This document shows positions 27,152 to 36,823 of a stretch of DNA of 64,000 nucleotides, in pieces. The stretch is from the NCBI GenBank assembly GCA_038207335.1, contig JBBQZX010000008.1, positions 64,001 to 128,000 of the forward strand, written 5' to 3'. This DNA is from Chthoniobacterales bacterium (lineage in GTDB: Bacteria; Verrucomicrobiota; Verrucomicrobiia; Chthoniobacterales; Chthoniobacteraceae). The notes below the pieces were generated by a model. That model made no database searches. It was given only the letters and a program-made list of their open reading frames with translations, and had not been told where the DNA came from. The first letter of the stretch is position 1. Each line of letters starts with the position of its first letter. The position numbers and the translations under genes were made by a program.

Positions 27152-27183
27152 CAATCGCCAATCGCCAATCGGCAGTCGCCAAT
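27152..27183. repeat. Heptamer tandem repeat (CAATCGC) x about 4.5
   Basis: CAATCGC CAATCGC CAATCGG CAGTCGC CAAT between divergent genes. Confidence 0.75.
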
Positions 27184-27203
27184 GCACCCTCCCGCCCCGC
27201 GCG

Positions 27204-28100
27204 ATGCTGCCCTCTTTTCTCACAACGATTCTGTTTTCGTTCTCGGTGATTTTCGCCGCCCGCTCCGCCCGTGTGCTCGGCGCAGGCATTGCGAATCTTT
27301 GCCGCATTACCCTCGCCACCGCTCTCCTCGCGGCGTGGGCACACGGCTGGGGCGCCGGGCTCCACGGGCCGTCACTGCGCTGGTTTTTCCTCAGTGGCGT
27401 CGTCGGCTTTGGACTCGGAGACATGGCGCTTTTCGGCGCACTCCCGCGCATCGGTCCGCGGCTGTCGATCCTGCTGACTCAGTGCCTCGGCGCACCCATC
27501 GCCGCCGCTGCCGAGTGGGCATGGCTCGGCACCACATTGCGCCTCGCCGATGTGCTCTGCGCGATCGTAATCCTCGCGGGTGTCGCGCTCGCGCTCGCGC
27601 CCGATCGCGGCCTGAAAGTCGAGCGCCGCGTCTTTTGGTTCGGCGTCCTCTTCGGCGTCGGATCAGCCATGGGACAGGCTTTCGGGGCGGTCATCAGCCG
27701 CAAGGCGAACGGCGTCGCCGAGCTCGCGAATTTCCAAATCGACGGTGGAACCGCGGCATATCAACGCATCATCGGTGGCGTGCTCATCACCGCGCTCGCA
27801 TTCATTTTCATGCGGAAAGTGCGGCCCACGGTGCCCGAGGCAGACCCCGCGCGCTGGCGTCGCGGCTGGCCGCTTGTGGTGGGAAATGCGGTCGCAGGAC
27901 CCGCGCTCGGTGTCGGCTGCTACCAATGGGCGCTCAAGTCCACGCCGAGCGGAATCGTGCTGCCAATCGTCGCGACCTCACCTCTCGTCACGCTCATCCT
28001 CGCGCGCTTCATCGACGGCGAACGCCCGACGCGACGCGCGATCACCGGCGGCTTGATCGCCGTCGGCGGTGCCGTCGCGCTGAAGATCGCGCACGGATGA
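27204..28100 (+). CDS. DMT/EamA family transporter
   Basis: About 10 hydrophobic helices in two repeats; SGVVGFGLGD...A...IGPR; ATSP. Confidence 0.85.
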   Translation: MLPSFLTTILFSFSVIFAARSARVLGAGIANLCRITLATALLAAWAHGWGAGLHGPSLRWFFLSGVVGFGLGDMALFGALPRIGPRLSILLTQCLGAPIAAAAEWAWLGTTLRLADVLCAIVILAGVALALAPDRGLKVERRVFWFGVLFGVGSAMGQAFGAVISRKANGVAELANFQIDGGTAAYQRIIGGVLITALAFIFMRKVRPTVPEADPARWRRGWPLVVGNAVAGPALGVGCYQWALKSTPSGIVLPIVATSPLVTLILARFIDGERPTRRAITGGLIAVGGAVALKIAHG

Positions 28101-28125
28101 GGGTGACGACGCGTTTCACCCTCCC

Positions 28126-29010
28126 CTACGCCCGCGGATGTGCGTCGTCGTAGGCGCTCTTGAGCCGTTCGATCGTCACGTGTGTGTAAATCTGCGTCGT
28201 CGAGAGGCTCGCGTGGCCGAGCAGCGATTGCACGCTGCGGAGGTCCGCACCGGCGTCGAGCATATGCGTCGCGAAGCTGTGCCGCAGCTTGTGCGGGCTG
28301 ATTTTCAACGCAATCGACGTATGCCCAAGATACCGTTTCAGCAGCAGCCAGACCGAGCGCGCGCTGAGCCGTTTGCGCAGTTTGCTGATGAAAAGCGGAC
28401 CTGCTTTCACATCCGCTGCGTGGCGGTATTTTTGGATCGCCTCCAGCGCGGGCGCGCCAACCGGCACCACGCGTTCCTTCCGCCCTTTTCCGAAGACGCG
28501 CACATTTTCGCTGAAGACATCGACGCTCGCCACATCGAGCCCGACGAGTTCCGAGAGCCGCAGCCCGCTGCTGTAAAAAAGCTCCATGATCGCCACATCG
28601 CGCAGCGGCATCCACACGGGCGCCTGGCCCTGTTTTTCGATCCGCAGCGGCGCGGTGAAAAGCTCGTCGATCTGCTTTCCCGTCAGCACGATGGGCAGCT
28701 TTTTCTCCAGCTTCGGCAGCAGCACTTCCTTCAGCGGGTTCACCTGCAGGCCGTGGCGTTCGCTCAGATATTTGTAAAAGGTACGCAGCGCCGCGAAGTG
28801 CATCCGAATGGTCGCCCGCGCCATCTCGCGCTTCGCCATCGTGAAAAGATGACGTCGGAAATGGTCGGCGTTCAGCTCCAGCCAGCCGGGTAGATTCGGC
28901 GTCTTGCGCAGCTCCGCGAGCGCATGGCGGTAATTCACGAGCGTCTGCGGCGAGACGTTGCGCTCGAATTCGAGCGCCTTGAAAAATCCGTCGGCGTAGC
29001 GGTCGCGCAT
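28126..29010 (-). CDS. xerC: Tyrosine recombinase XerC
   Basis: ERNVSPQT..NY, RDVAIMELFYSSGLRLSEL, GKGRKER.VP, SPHKLRHSFATH, LLGHASLSTTQIYTHV. Confidence 0.88.
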   Translation of the reverse strand: MRDRYADGFFKALEFERNVSPQTLVNYRHALAELRKTPNLPGWLELNADHFRRHLFTMAKREMARATIRMHFAALRTFYKYLSERHGLQVNPLKEVLLPKLEKKLPIVLTGKQIDELFTAPLRIEKQGQAPVWMPLRDVAIMELFYSSGLRLSELVGLDVASVDVFSENVRVFGKGRKERVVPVGAPALEAIQKYRHAADVKAGPLFISKLRKRLSARSVWLLLKRYLGHTSIALKISPHKLRHSFATHMLDAGADLRSVQSLLGHASLSTTQIYTHVTIERLKSAYDDAHPRA

Positions 29011-29026
29011 GCAGGAGCTTTAGACA

Positions 29027-29108
29027 GGATCACCGATCCCGGCAACGCGCGTGCGGCTCTAACGAGATCGCCAGGTACGCACGCCAGCCGGGATCAGCGA
29101 TCCCGGCT
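29027..29108. repeat. Duplicated palindromic motif / structured element upstream of xerC
   Basis: GGATCACCGATCCCGGC (29027-29043) and GGATCAGCGATCCCGGC (29091-29107); inner inverted repeat GCGTGCG/CGCACGC. Confidence 0.6.
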
Positions 29109-30384
29109 ACAACCGCCCGATCGGCCCCAGCTCCACCGGCTGCGCGCTACTCCCCACATCGCCGACCCGCGCCGTGCCGCGCGCGAACGTCAGCGTCGCC
29201 GACCGCTGCTCCACTTTATCCGCCGACTCCGCCACGATCGGGATCGTGAAATCCCCATCCGGCAGCGTGAAATGATACCGGAACGTCCCGTCCGGGTTCA
29301 GCTTGATCTGCTTTCCCTCGATCCAGACCGTCGCATCCGGCGACGTGCCGCCGTAGAAAATGATCTCCGCATTTACGTGCATATAAAAGCCGCGCTCCGT
29401 CTTCGCGCTAAACGGCTGCGCGCTCCAACTCCCGCCCCAGCTCGACATCCCGCCGCTCGAGAGCCCGCCGACGATCCCGCTGAAAAGACTGCTCTCCGCC
29501 GAGGTCAGCGAGTCGTAAAACTTCGACGCCAGCCCGCTCGAGCTCTCGCTCTGCAGCCGCTCCGTAAGCTGCTTTCGCAGAAGTTGATCGATTTCGGCCG
29601 ACCCCAGCCCCACACGATCCACCAGGCTGTCGCCCAACAGCGCCGTCAGAAGCGCCCGCTGCGTCTCGCTCCACGATGGCACGCGCCCCGGCGCAAACGC
29701 GATCTCGCGCCCCTCGCCAGTGATCCGCGAAATCGCCTGCAGCAGCGACTCGCCATTCTGCATGTGCTCAGTCACCAGCATCAGCAGCCGCTCGAATGCG
29801 AGATGCGCCGGCACCGTCGCAAACTGCGCCTCCGTTTCCTCCGCCAGCGCATCCGGCGGAGTCTGCGCCGCCTCGGAACTTACGATCGAGCGCCACGCGC
29901 CGGCCTTTTCAAAAAAGCCGATCTCGCCGACATACGACGCGCCCGGCGTGCTCACCGGCACATACCAGTTCCGCGCCTCCGGCTTGATCTCCACCGTCGT
30001 CTCCTCCGCGCCCGCCGCCGTGCGGATTTTGAGAAAAAATTGCGCCACATTGTAGCGGTGCGCATTGGCCGGATACGCCGTCCAGTTGAAATCCCAGTAG
30101 CAAAACAGCCACCGCGGATCGCGCGCCACGAGGAAAATCGTGTCCTCGTAATAGCTCGCCGGCAGCGCGCCGAGGTCCTCGAATTCCGGCACCGCGCCCT
30201 CCCCACCGCCGCCGCTCGCGGGTGCCTCCTGCAGGCCCGCAGCCTCATATTTATGCACATCCGCCTCCACCGCCTCGCCGCTCACCGGCTCCTGCGAGAT
30301 GGAAAACGCGGATGTCTTTTTCACCTCCGCTTTCTCGTCAGAGTCAGCGGAAGTTGCGGATTGATCGGTGGTCTTCTTGTTCAT
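29107..30384 (-). CDS. DUF4912 domain protein
   Basis: LPASY...IFLVARDPRWLFCYWD...NWYV...Y.GEIG; C-terminal VNAEIIFYGGT.PDA...LNPDGTFRYHF.LPDG. Confidence 0.85.
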   Translation of the reverse strand: MNKKTTDQSATSADSDEKAEVKKTSAFSISQEPVSGEAVEADVHKYEAAGLQEAPASGGGGEGAVPEFEDLGALPASYYEDTIFLVARDPRWLFCYWDFNWTAYPANAHRYNVAQFFLKIRTAAGAEETTVEIKPEARNWYVPVSTPGASYVGEIGFFEKAGAWRSIVSSEAAQTPPDALAEETEAQFATVPAHLAFERLLMLVTEHMQNGESLLQAISRITGEGREIAFAPGRVPSWSETQRALLTALLGDSLVDRVGLGSAEIDQLLRKQLTERLQSESSSGLASKFYDSLTSAESSLFSGIVGGLSSGGMSSWGGSWSAQPFSAKTERGFYMHVNAEIIFYGGTSPDATVWIEGKQIKLNPDGTFRYHFTLPDGDFTIPIVAESADKVEQRSATLTFARGTARVGDVGSSAQPVELGPIGRL

Positions 30385-30549
30385 AGTGGTTTCAGGTTCG
30401 TTTCAGTGCTGCTTTCAAAAAGGCGGTGCGGGCGTAAGTCCTCCAGACACATCTGTCAAACACGAATTTCTCACAAAACCTCGCTTTATGGCAAAATCAG
30501 GACACTCCCTGACTATTAGCGTCACAAATCCGCCACATTAGAATCCCGA

Positions 30550-31326
30550 ATGCTCACTAAACGCGTCATCCCCTGCCTCGATGTCCACGATGGAAAAGTC
30601 ACCCGCGGCCTGCAGTTCGGCCGCGCCGAGGAGGGTGGCCTGCGCAATGTCGGCGACCCCGTCGAGCTCGCAGTCCGCTACAACGACCAGGGCGCCGACG
30701 AGATGGTTTTCTTCGACATCACCGCCAGCGCCCACGGCCGCGGCACCATGATCGACGTCATCGAGCGAACCGCCGCGCGCTGCTTCATGCCGCTCACCGT
30801 CGGCGGCGGCATCCGCACCACCGACGACATGCACGCCATGCTCGGCGCGGGCGCGGATAAAATCAGCATCAACTCCAGCGCCCTCGCGACCCCCGAGCTC
30901 ATCGGCGCGGGAGCCCAGCGCTTTGGCAGCCAGTGCATCGTCGTCTCCATCGACGCGAAAAAGGTCGCGCCCGACCGCTGGGAAGTCTTCAGCCACGGCG
31001 GACGCCACTCCACCGGCCTCGACGCCGTCGAGTGGGCCACGCGCGCCACCGGCCTCGGCGCCGGCGAGATCGTCCTAAACTCCATCGACGCCGACGGCAC
31101 CAAAGCCGGCTACGACCTCACCATCACGCGCCGCATCAGCGAAGCCGTCGGCGTCCCCGTCGTCGCCAGCGGCGGTGCGGGCACCCTGGACCACATGGCC
31201 GAGGTGCTTTTGGAGGGAAAAGCCGACGCCGTCCTAGCCGCGAGCATTTTCCACTTCGGCACCTTTACCGTCGCCGATGTAAAGCAGCACCTCGCCGCCC
31301 GCGGCCTCCCCATGCGCATCGCGTAA
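30550..31326 (+). CDS. hisF: Imidazole glycerol phosphate synthase cyclase subunit
   Basis: [67 protein letters not shown]. Confidence 0.97.
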   Translation: MLTKRVIPCLDVHDGKVTRGLQFGRAEEGGLRNVGDPVELAVRYNDQGADEMVFFDITASAHGRGTMIDVIERTAARCFMPLTVGGGIRTTDDMHAMLGAGADKISINSSALATPELIGAGAQRFGSQCIVVSIDAKKVAPDRWEVFSHGGRHSTGLDAVEWATRATGLGAGEIVLNSIDADGTKAGYDLTITRRISEAVGVPVVASGGAGTLDHMAEVLLEGKADAVLAASIFHFGTFTVADVKQHLAARGLPMRIA

Positions 31327-31403
31327 CGAGCACGCGCCCCACTTTTCTCCTAGCGAAATCCCGCGCATTCCTGCCTCCTCTCCGTCCCGTCGATAGCACC
31401 TTC

Positions 31404-31424
31404 CGAAATTCAAAATTCAAAATC
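31404..31424. repeat. Heptamer tandem repeat (CAAAATT) x3
   Basis: CGAAATT CAAAATT CAAAATC just upstream of the aminotransferase gene. Confidence 0.55.
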
Positions 31425-31431
31425 CCCCGCC

Positions 31432-32589
31432 ATGCGTTCCGACTTCCTCGTCTTTTCCCAGCCGGAAATCCTCCAGCCCGAAATCGATGAAGTCATCGAC
31501 TCCATGCAGAAATGCTGGCTCGGCACCGGGCCGAAAGTGGCCCAATTCAAGCGCGACTTTGCCGCCTACAAAGGCGCGCAGCACGTCACTGCCGTCAATT
31601 CCTGCACCGCCGCCCTGCACCTCAGCTGCCTCGTCGCCGGGCTGAAACCCGGCGACGAAGTCATCACCACCGCGCTCACATTTTGCGCCACGGTAAATGC
31701 CATCATCCACAGCGGCGCCACGCCCGTCCTCGCCGATTGCGAGCCCGGCACCCTGAATATCTCCCCCACGGATGTCGCCGCGAAAATCACGCCGCGCACC
31801 CGCGCCATCGTCCCCGTCCACTTCGCCGGGCGCCCTTGCGACATGGATGCGCTCCTTTTACTCGCCGAAAAGCACTGCCTGAAAATCATCGAAGACTGCG
31901 CCCACGCCATCGAGACCGAGTCCCGCGGGCGGAAGGCCGGCACCCTCGGCGACTTCGGATGCTTCAGCTTCTACGCGACCAAAAACGTATCCACCGGCGA
32001 AGGCGGCATGATTGTCGCCCGCGATGCCGCCGACGCCGCGCGCCTCGAGCGGCTCGCGCTCCACGGCATGAGCAACGACGCGTGGAAACGCTTCAGCGAC
32101 GCCGGCTTCAAGCACTACGAAGTCGTCGAGTGCGGCTTCAAATACAACATGATGGACCTCCAGGCCGCCATCGGCCTCCACCAGCTCGCGCGCGTCGAAA
32201 AAAGCTGGCAGCGCCGCCGCGCCATCTGGGCTCGCTACGACACCGCGCTCGCCGACCTCCCCATCACCCTCCCGCTCGCGCCCGACCCCGACACCGTCCA
32301 TGCCTACCACCTCTACACGATCCTCATCGACCCCGCGCGCACCGGCATCACGCGCGACGCCTTCCTCGACGCAATGACCGCGCACCGCCTCGGAGTCGGC
32401 GTCCACTACCGGGCCATCCCCGAGCACCCCTACTACCGCCAAGCCTTCGCTTGGAACCCCGAAAACTACCCCCACGCCCTCCGCATCGGCCGCCAAACCG
32501 TCAGCCTCCCCCTCTCCCCGAAACTCACCGAGTCCGACGTGAACGACGTCATCACCGCCGTCCACGAAATCCTGAAAGCGGGAAGTTGA
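31432..32589 (+). CDS. DegT/DnrJ/EryC1/StrS family PLP-dependent nucleotide-sugar aminotransferase
   Basis: VNSCTAALHL, PVHFAG, IIEDCAHA, SFYATKN (PLP Lys), GEGG, GFKYNM, VSLPL. Confidence 0.93.
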   Translation: MRSDFLVFSQPEILQPEIDEVIDSMQKCWLGTGPKVAQFKRDFAAYKGAQHVTAVNSCTAALHLSCLVAGLKPGDEVITTALTFCATVNAIIHSGATPVLADCEPGTLNISPTDVAAKITPRTRAIVPVHFAGRPCDMDALLLLAEKHCLKIIEDCAHAIETESRGRKAGTLGDFGCFSFYATKNVSTGEGGMIVARDAADAARLERLALHGMSNDAWKRFSDAGFKHYEVVECGFKYNMMDLQAAIGLHQLARVEKSWQRRRAIWARYDTALADLPITLPLAPDPDTVHAYHLYTILIDPARTGITRDAFLDAMTAHRLGVGVHYRAIPEHPYYRQAFAWNPENYPHALRIGRQTVSLPLSPKLTESDVNDVITAVHEILKAGS

Positions 32590-32676
32590 GAGTCACGAGC
32601 TGAGAGTTGAGTGAGCAACACCTGCAACGCACTCGAAAAGCCACGTCACCCCGCTGCCCTCTCTCAACTCTCGACT
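32584..32676. repeat. Inverted pair of heptamer arrays (AGTTGAG)n ... (CTCAACT)n
   Basis: AGTTGAG AGTCACG AGCTGAG AGTTGAG at 32584-32611; CTCAACT CTCGACT at 32663-32676. Confidence 0.6.
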
Positions 32677-32758
32677 AAAAGGCCTCACCCTCCGCTCTCC
32701 CCATTCCCTCATTGAAAACTTCCCCAACCCGGCGAACAGTCCACTCCCCGCCCCGACG

Positions 32759-34315
32759 ATGAAAGACTTCCGCACCGCCATCGACCGAGTCCCGCAGGCC
32801 ACCGTCATCATCATCGGCCTCTCGATCGCGCTCACGCTCGGCATCGTCATCCCTAGCACCCACGGCAACATCCTCACCGGCACGGCAAAGCTCACCGGGG
32901 TTGTGACATTCCTCTGCGCCCTCGTCTGGCCGCGCACGATGCTCTACGGGCTCGTCGTCATGGCCGCTTCGCTCGACTTTGTCAAACGCCTCCTCGTCGT
33001 CTTCGGCACCGTCTATCAAGCCGACCTCGCCGTCGTTCTCACCATCGCCCCCCTCACCCTAGGCGGCGTCGTCTGTGGCCACATCATCCATCGCATCTTC
33101 GCCCACGGGAGAATTCTCAACAAGCGCGAGTGGGTGATCCTTGCCTGCGCAGGCACCGCGATCGGAATCTCGTTTGCGAAGGCGATGGTCGACTCCCACA
33201 ATATCCTTCGCGCAGGCCAGGCCGTCGTCGATGGCATGAGCTATCTTCTAGCCGTTCTAGTCACCGTCAGCCTCCTTCGCGACGACCGGGCGACTGTGAA
33301 ATATATCAACTTCATGGTGTGGATATTCTTCTGTGTCGCGCTCTACGGCATCTTCCAGTTCTTCCACGGATATGCCAAGTTTGAATATGATTATATCCTG
33401 TCGAGCAACACCTCGACGATCGGCGAACTCAGCGAAGCTCACCCGCGGATTTTCTCCACGTTAAATTCGAGCCATGCATTCGGCGTTAGCATGGCGATCT
33501 TCCTGATTATTTCGGTTGCAAAAAACTATATCTACTTTCGGCAGCGCCGCTCCTTTCGGATCGCAGACCTTCTGCTCATGATCACTTTCACCATCGCGCT
33601 CGGGCTTGGCTTCGGGCGGACGGCATGGGTTCTGGCATTGCTCGGCATAGCGGGTATCTTCTTCTTCACCTCCGCCCGACGGACGAAGTTTTTTTACGCT
33701 TGTTGCACCGGAATGTTTCTGATCGTACTTTTCAACTCCGAATATATCCTCGAGAAACTTCCGGAGTGGCAAAGGCAGCTTCCAGGTGATTCGGCATCCC
33801 AAGAGCAGGCGTTCCGGCTCGGAACTTATTCGGATCGTTTGATAGGCTTCACCTCATTTATGCGAGATGACTCTTATTGGACTCCTTTTGGCGTGAAAGG
33901 TTTTACCACCGAGGCTCAGCATGCGGGAGACCAGTTCTATACACACGACGCGTTCACGGCGGCGCTGCTTCGCTACGGAATCGTTGGCGTTGGCATCCTC
34001 GCCATCATCAGCATTTTCTTCCTAATTCAAGTTCACAAAGGCATCCTAGGGGTCCAAAATCGCAACTTGCGTATTTTCTCCGCGGCGACCGCCAGCGCGT
34101 GCTTTTCCGTCTTCTTCACTGGCCTCCTCTCCGGCTCGAATATCACTGTTTTCCCGGTAAATTTCCTCTTTTGGGCCCTCATTGGATGCACTCTGGTAAT
34201 GACTGGGTCCGAGCGCGCCGTGCGAAAGTCGCAAACAGCGCAGCAGCAAAGAGACAGGGCGACCCCAGCCCCGGCACCCAATCGCCCGCGCCCCCGGCGC
34301 CCGGCGTATACCTGA
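32759..34315 (+). CDS. O-antigen polymerase/ligase-like (Wzy/WaaL) membrane protein
   Basis: About 12 TMs; R.FST...H, GRTAW, late periplasmic loop with R and HD.F...L..YGIVG; lies beside the flippase. Confidence 0.7.
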   Translation: MKDFRTAIDRVPQATVIIIGLSIALTLGIVIPSTHGNILTGTAKLTGVVTFLCALVWPRTMLYGLVVMAASLDFVKRLLVVFGTVYQADLAVVLTIAPLTLGGVVCGHIIHRIFAHGRILNKREWVILACAGTAIGISFAKAMVDSHNILRAGQAVVDGMSYLLAVLVTVSLLRDDRATVKYINFMVWIFFCVALYGIFQFFHGYAKFEYDYILSSNTSTIGELSEAHPRIFSTLNSSHAFGVSMAIFLIISVAKNYIYFRQRRSFRIADLLLMITFTIALGLGFGRTAWVLALLGIAGIFFFTSARRTKFFYACCTGMFLIVLFNSEYILEKLPEWQRQLPGDSASQEQAFRLGTYSDRLIGFTSFMRDDSYWTPFGVKGFTTEAQHAGDQFYTHDAFTAALLRYGIVGVGILAIISIFFLIQVHKGILGVQNRNLRIFSAATASACFSVFFTGLLSGSNITVFPVNFLFWALIGCTLVMTGSERAVRKSQTAQQQRDRATPAPAPNRPRPRRPAYT

Positions 34316-34338
34316 GCCGTCGGCTTTTCTCTTTCCGA

Positions 34339-35652
34339 TTGAAAGTCCTACGTCGACCCGAGGAGGGATGGAGGCGCGCGGGAATCAATCGCTTTAACTC
34401 CTCCCTGAAAAGCCGCTCGGTTGCCTACTACGCGAGCAGTTCACTCGTGTGTCAGGCGATGCGATTCACCGGTGTTGTGGTCGCGACCCGGGTGTTGAAT
34501 CCGGTCGATTTCGGCGCATTTGCTCAAGCGCTCCTTTTGATGGGCGTTCCCTGCACTTTGAGGGATCTCGGGATCAGCAATGCGCTGATCGCTTACGATG
34601 GCACCGATCGAAGCTATCCTCGATTTCATTTCCAAATCATCGTTTGCAGCAGTCTCGTATGCGCGGGATTGATTTTTGCGACCAGCAGCTTGTGGACGAA
34701 GTTCTCTTCGGATGTCCTTGCGACCGCCCCGTGGCTTGCGTTGCTGGTGATAATCGAGGGGCTTGGCATCACCGGTGTGATCGCTGCACAAAAGAGCTTT
34801 CGATTCAAAGCGCTTGCCGGGGTTGAAATCTGCGCAGTCGCAGGATCGCTTGCCGTCATCATTCTCGGAGCGGGACGAGTCAATGGATTGTCGCTCCTCC
34901 TCGGCGCGCGCTTTACCGAGTCGCTCATCCGAACCGGTTCGGTCGGTATTCTGGAGACTTGGAAGCACGTCGGCCTCGTGCGAAACCTTGAGATTCTTCG
35001 GTATTACGCCGGGTTTGCGAGGTATGGTGCTCCGCAGGCATTGGTCGAAAACGCCATCGCACAGCTCGATAGCTTTTTGCTTTCCACATTCAGCACGGTC
35101 TATCAGCTCGGGCTTTACGATCGGATTTTGCAATTCAGCCGCATCCCCTTATCGCTCAGCATCAATCTCATCGACAAAGTCGCCTTGGTCTCATTTAGCC
35201 AGCACCAGCATGAGACTCAAAGGCTCCAACAGCTTCTCCGTATCTTCGCGGGCATCAGTCTGGGTGCGGCTACGGTAGTCGTTTTGGTCGTCACGTTCGC
35301 GCTGCCAGCCGTCGTCACTCAGATGCTCGGAGAGGAATGGATGCACCGCTTGTTGCCGCTCTGGTGGGCCGCGCTCCCACTCATGCTTTTACGTCCGCTT
35401 TCGTGGTGCCTCAGCATCTTCATGCAAGGCGTCGGAAACATTCCCGCGCTCTTTCGTTTCATGGTTTTCGGCCTCTGTGCCACGGCGTTGGGCGGCATCG
35501 CGTTCGTTCCAGCCTTCGGTGCCATCGGAATGCTTACGGCCTTGGCGTTCGCACACATCCTTTTGGTGACTTACCAATTGCTCGTCATCCGCGGATGGTT
35601 CCGTTCCAGAATCCCCGCGCAACCTGCCAGTGCCGATTTGCCGATTCGATGA
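34339..35652 (+). CDS. wzx: Polysaccharide flippase (Wzx/PST family)
   Basis: TRVLNPVDFG...DLGISNALI; QKSFRFK.LA; QLDSFLL...LGLY; many TMs. Start uncertain (TTG 34339 chosen; the ORF-track start overlaps the upstream gene). Confidence 0.75.
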   Translation: MKVLRRPEEGWRRAGINRFNSSLKSRSVAYYASSSLVCQAMRFTGVVVATRVLNPVDFGAFAQALLLMGVPCTLRDLGISNALIAYDGTDRSYPRFHFQIIVCSSLVCAGLIFATSSLWTKFSSDVLATAPWLALLVIIEGLGITGVIAAQKSFRFKALAGVEICAVAGSLAVIILGAGRVNGLSLLLGARFTESLIRTGSVGILETWKHVGLVRNLEILRYYAGFARYGAPQALVENAIAQLDSFLLSTFSTVYQLGLYDRILQFSRIPLSLSINLIDKVALVSFSQHQHETQRLQQLLRIFAGISLGAATVVVLVVTFALPAVVTQMLGEEWMHRLLPLWWAALPLMLLRPLSWCLSIFMQGVGNIPALFRFMVFGLCATALGGIAFVPAFGAIGMLTALAFAHILLVTYQLLVIRGWFRSRIPAQPASADLPIR

Positions 35653-35653
35653 A

Positions 35654-36523
35654 TTAGCCGTTCCAGTTCAGGCCGGCGCGGATCTCTCCAAGCGATTCGA
35701 GATCGGTCCGCAGCCCCGGCAGATGGTAGATGCATTGTTCGCCTACTTTTGATAGTTCGTATCCAGCGGCCAGCATTTGGTCGTGGATGGTCTGGCACCG
35801 TTCGGCACCTTTCCCATCGCCGCCTGCCCACGGATGCAATTCCATCGCGATGAAGTCGAAGGCTTTCCTTGCGAGGAGCTGGGTCGCTCCACCCATGACT
35901 TTCGATTCAAATCCTTCGCAGTCCACTTTCATCAGCCGAATTCTTCCGGTCCCGGTGCTCTCGGCGACTGAGTCGAGCGTCAACCCGCTAACCGGTTGCC
36001 GGAGAACGGCGCTTTTCGAGCCTTTGAAGACGCCGGTCATCCCGGAGTTCATCGTTGACGCAAGATACAGTTCGAGTTCTTCTTCGCGATCGGAAAGCGC
36101 CACCTCGTGGACGCGAACTCGTTCAGCGGTGCCGGGATTCAGTTCGAGATTGCGGGCGAGGACGGGTTGAAGCCTGATTTGCGGTTCGAAGGCTTCGACC
36201 GTCGCCCCGTGGAGTGCCGCGCAAAGGGTAAAGTAACCTTCATTGGCCCCGACATCGAAAAAAACGTCTCCTTGCCGGAGGACGCCTTCGACGAGGCGGC
36301 GCATCTCGATCTCATAGACTCCGTTTTTCAAGACAAGGATACCAAATGCGCTGCCCGGATCGAGCCATAGCCGCGGGCCAGTCGGCGGCTCGACGATTCG
36401 CCGCCCGATGCAAAGAAGCCGTTTAAGCGCTCCTCCAAGAATGGCCGGTTTGACGCGGATAAGCGCATCGTAGAAGGCGACCGCCCACTTACCTGCAAGC
36501 GCGGATGATGAGGGGCTGGGCAT
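35654..36523 (-). CDS. FkbM family methyltransferase
   Basis: FFDVGANEG, AFEP, VALSD, TLD, LMKVDCEGFE. Confidence 0.88.
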   Translation of the reverse strand: MPSPSSSALAGKWAVAFYDALIRVKPAILGGALKRLLCIGRRIVEPPTGPRLWLDPGSAFGILVLKNGVYEIEMRRLVEGVLRQGDVFFDVGANEGYFTLCAALHGATVEAFEPQIRLQPVLARNLELNPGTAERVRVHEVALSDREEELELYLASTMNSGMTGVFKGSKSAVLRQPVSGLTLDSVAESTGTGRIRLMKVDCEGFESKVMGGATQLLARKAFDFIAMELHPWAGGDGKGAERCQTIHDQMLAAGYELSKVGEQCIYHLPGLRTDLESLGEIRAGLNWNG

Positions 36524-36823
36524 TGTTTTGGGTTCGAGAGCAGATCGTTTTGACCCGAAGCTGGACTCGCGTAGGAAAAGCGAATTAGTAGGACAATTCA
36601 ATGTCCATTCTCATCAGCTACAAGGTCAAAGCCTGGCTCGTTGCCGGTTGCGGTGGCGGCACCTACGCGAACGAGAACCACCTCAAAAATGGAACTCGGG
36701 CGACGCTTTCCGGCCATTCGGAACACCTCCTCGAGAGGGCACGTCGTGGAGGGGTGTCGCGCGCCGGAAATTCTCGGGCTCGTCGCAAAATGTGGTCGGC
36801 ATCCAATCCGCAACGAATACTCC

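Noticed and set aside
28126..29010. Tyrosine recombinase as a prophage or island integrase
   Set aside because: Size and motifs fit housekeeping XerC; there is no arm-binding domain, phage gene, tRNA or att repeat nearby.
33877..34338. Long N-terminal extension of the flippase ORF
   Set aside because: It overlaps the wzy-like gene in another frame and has no protein-like character.
36524..36823. Possible small gene or pseudogene between the divergent FkbM genes
   Set aside because: No recognisable motif in any frame; the candidate ORFs overlap real genes.
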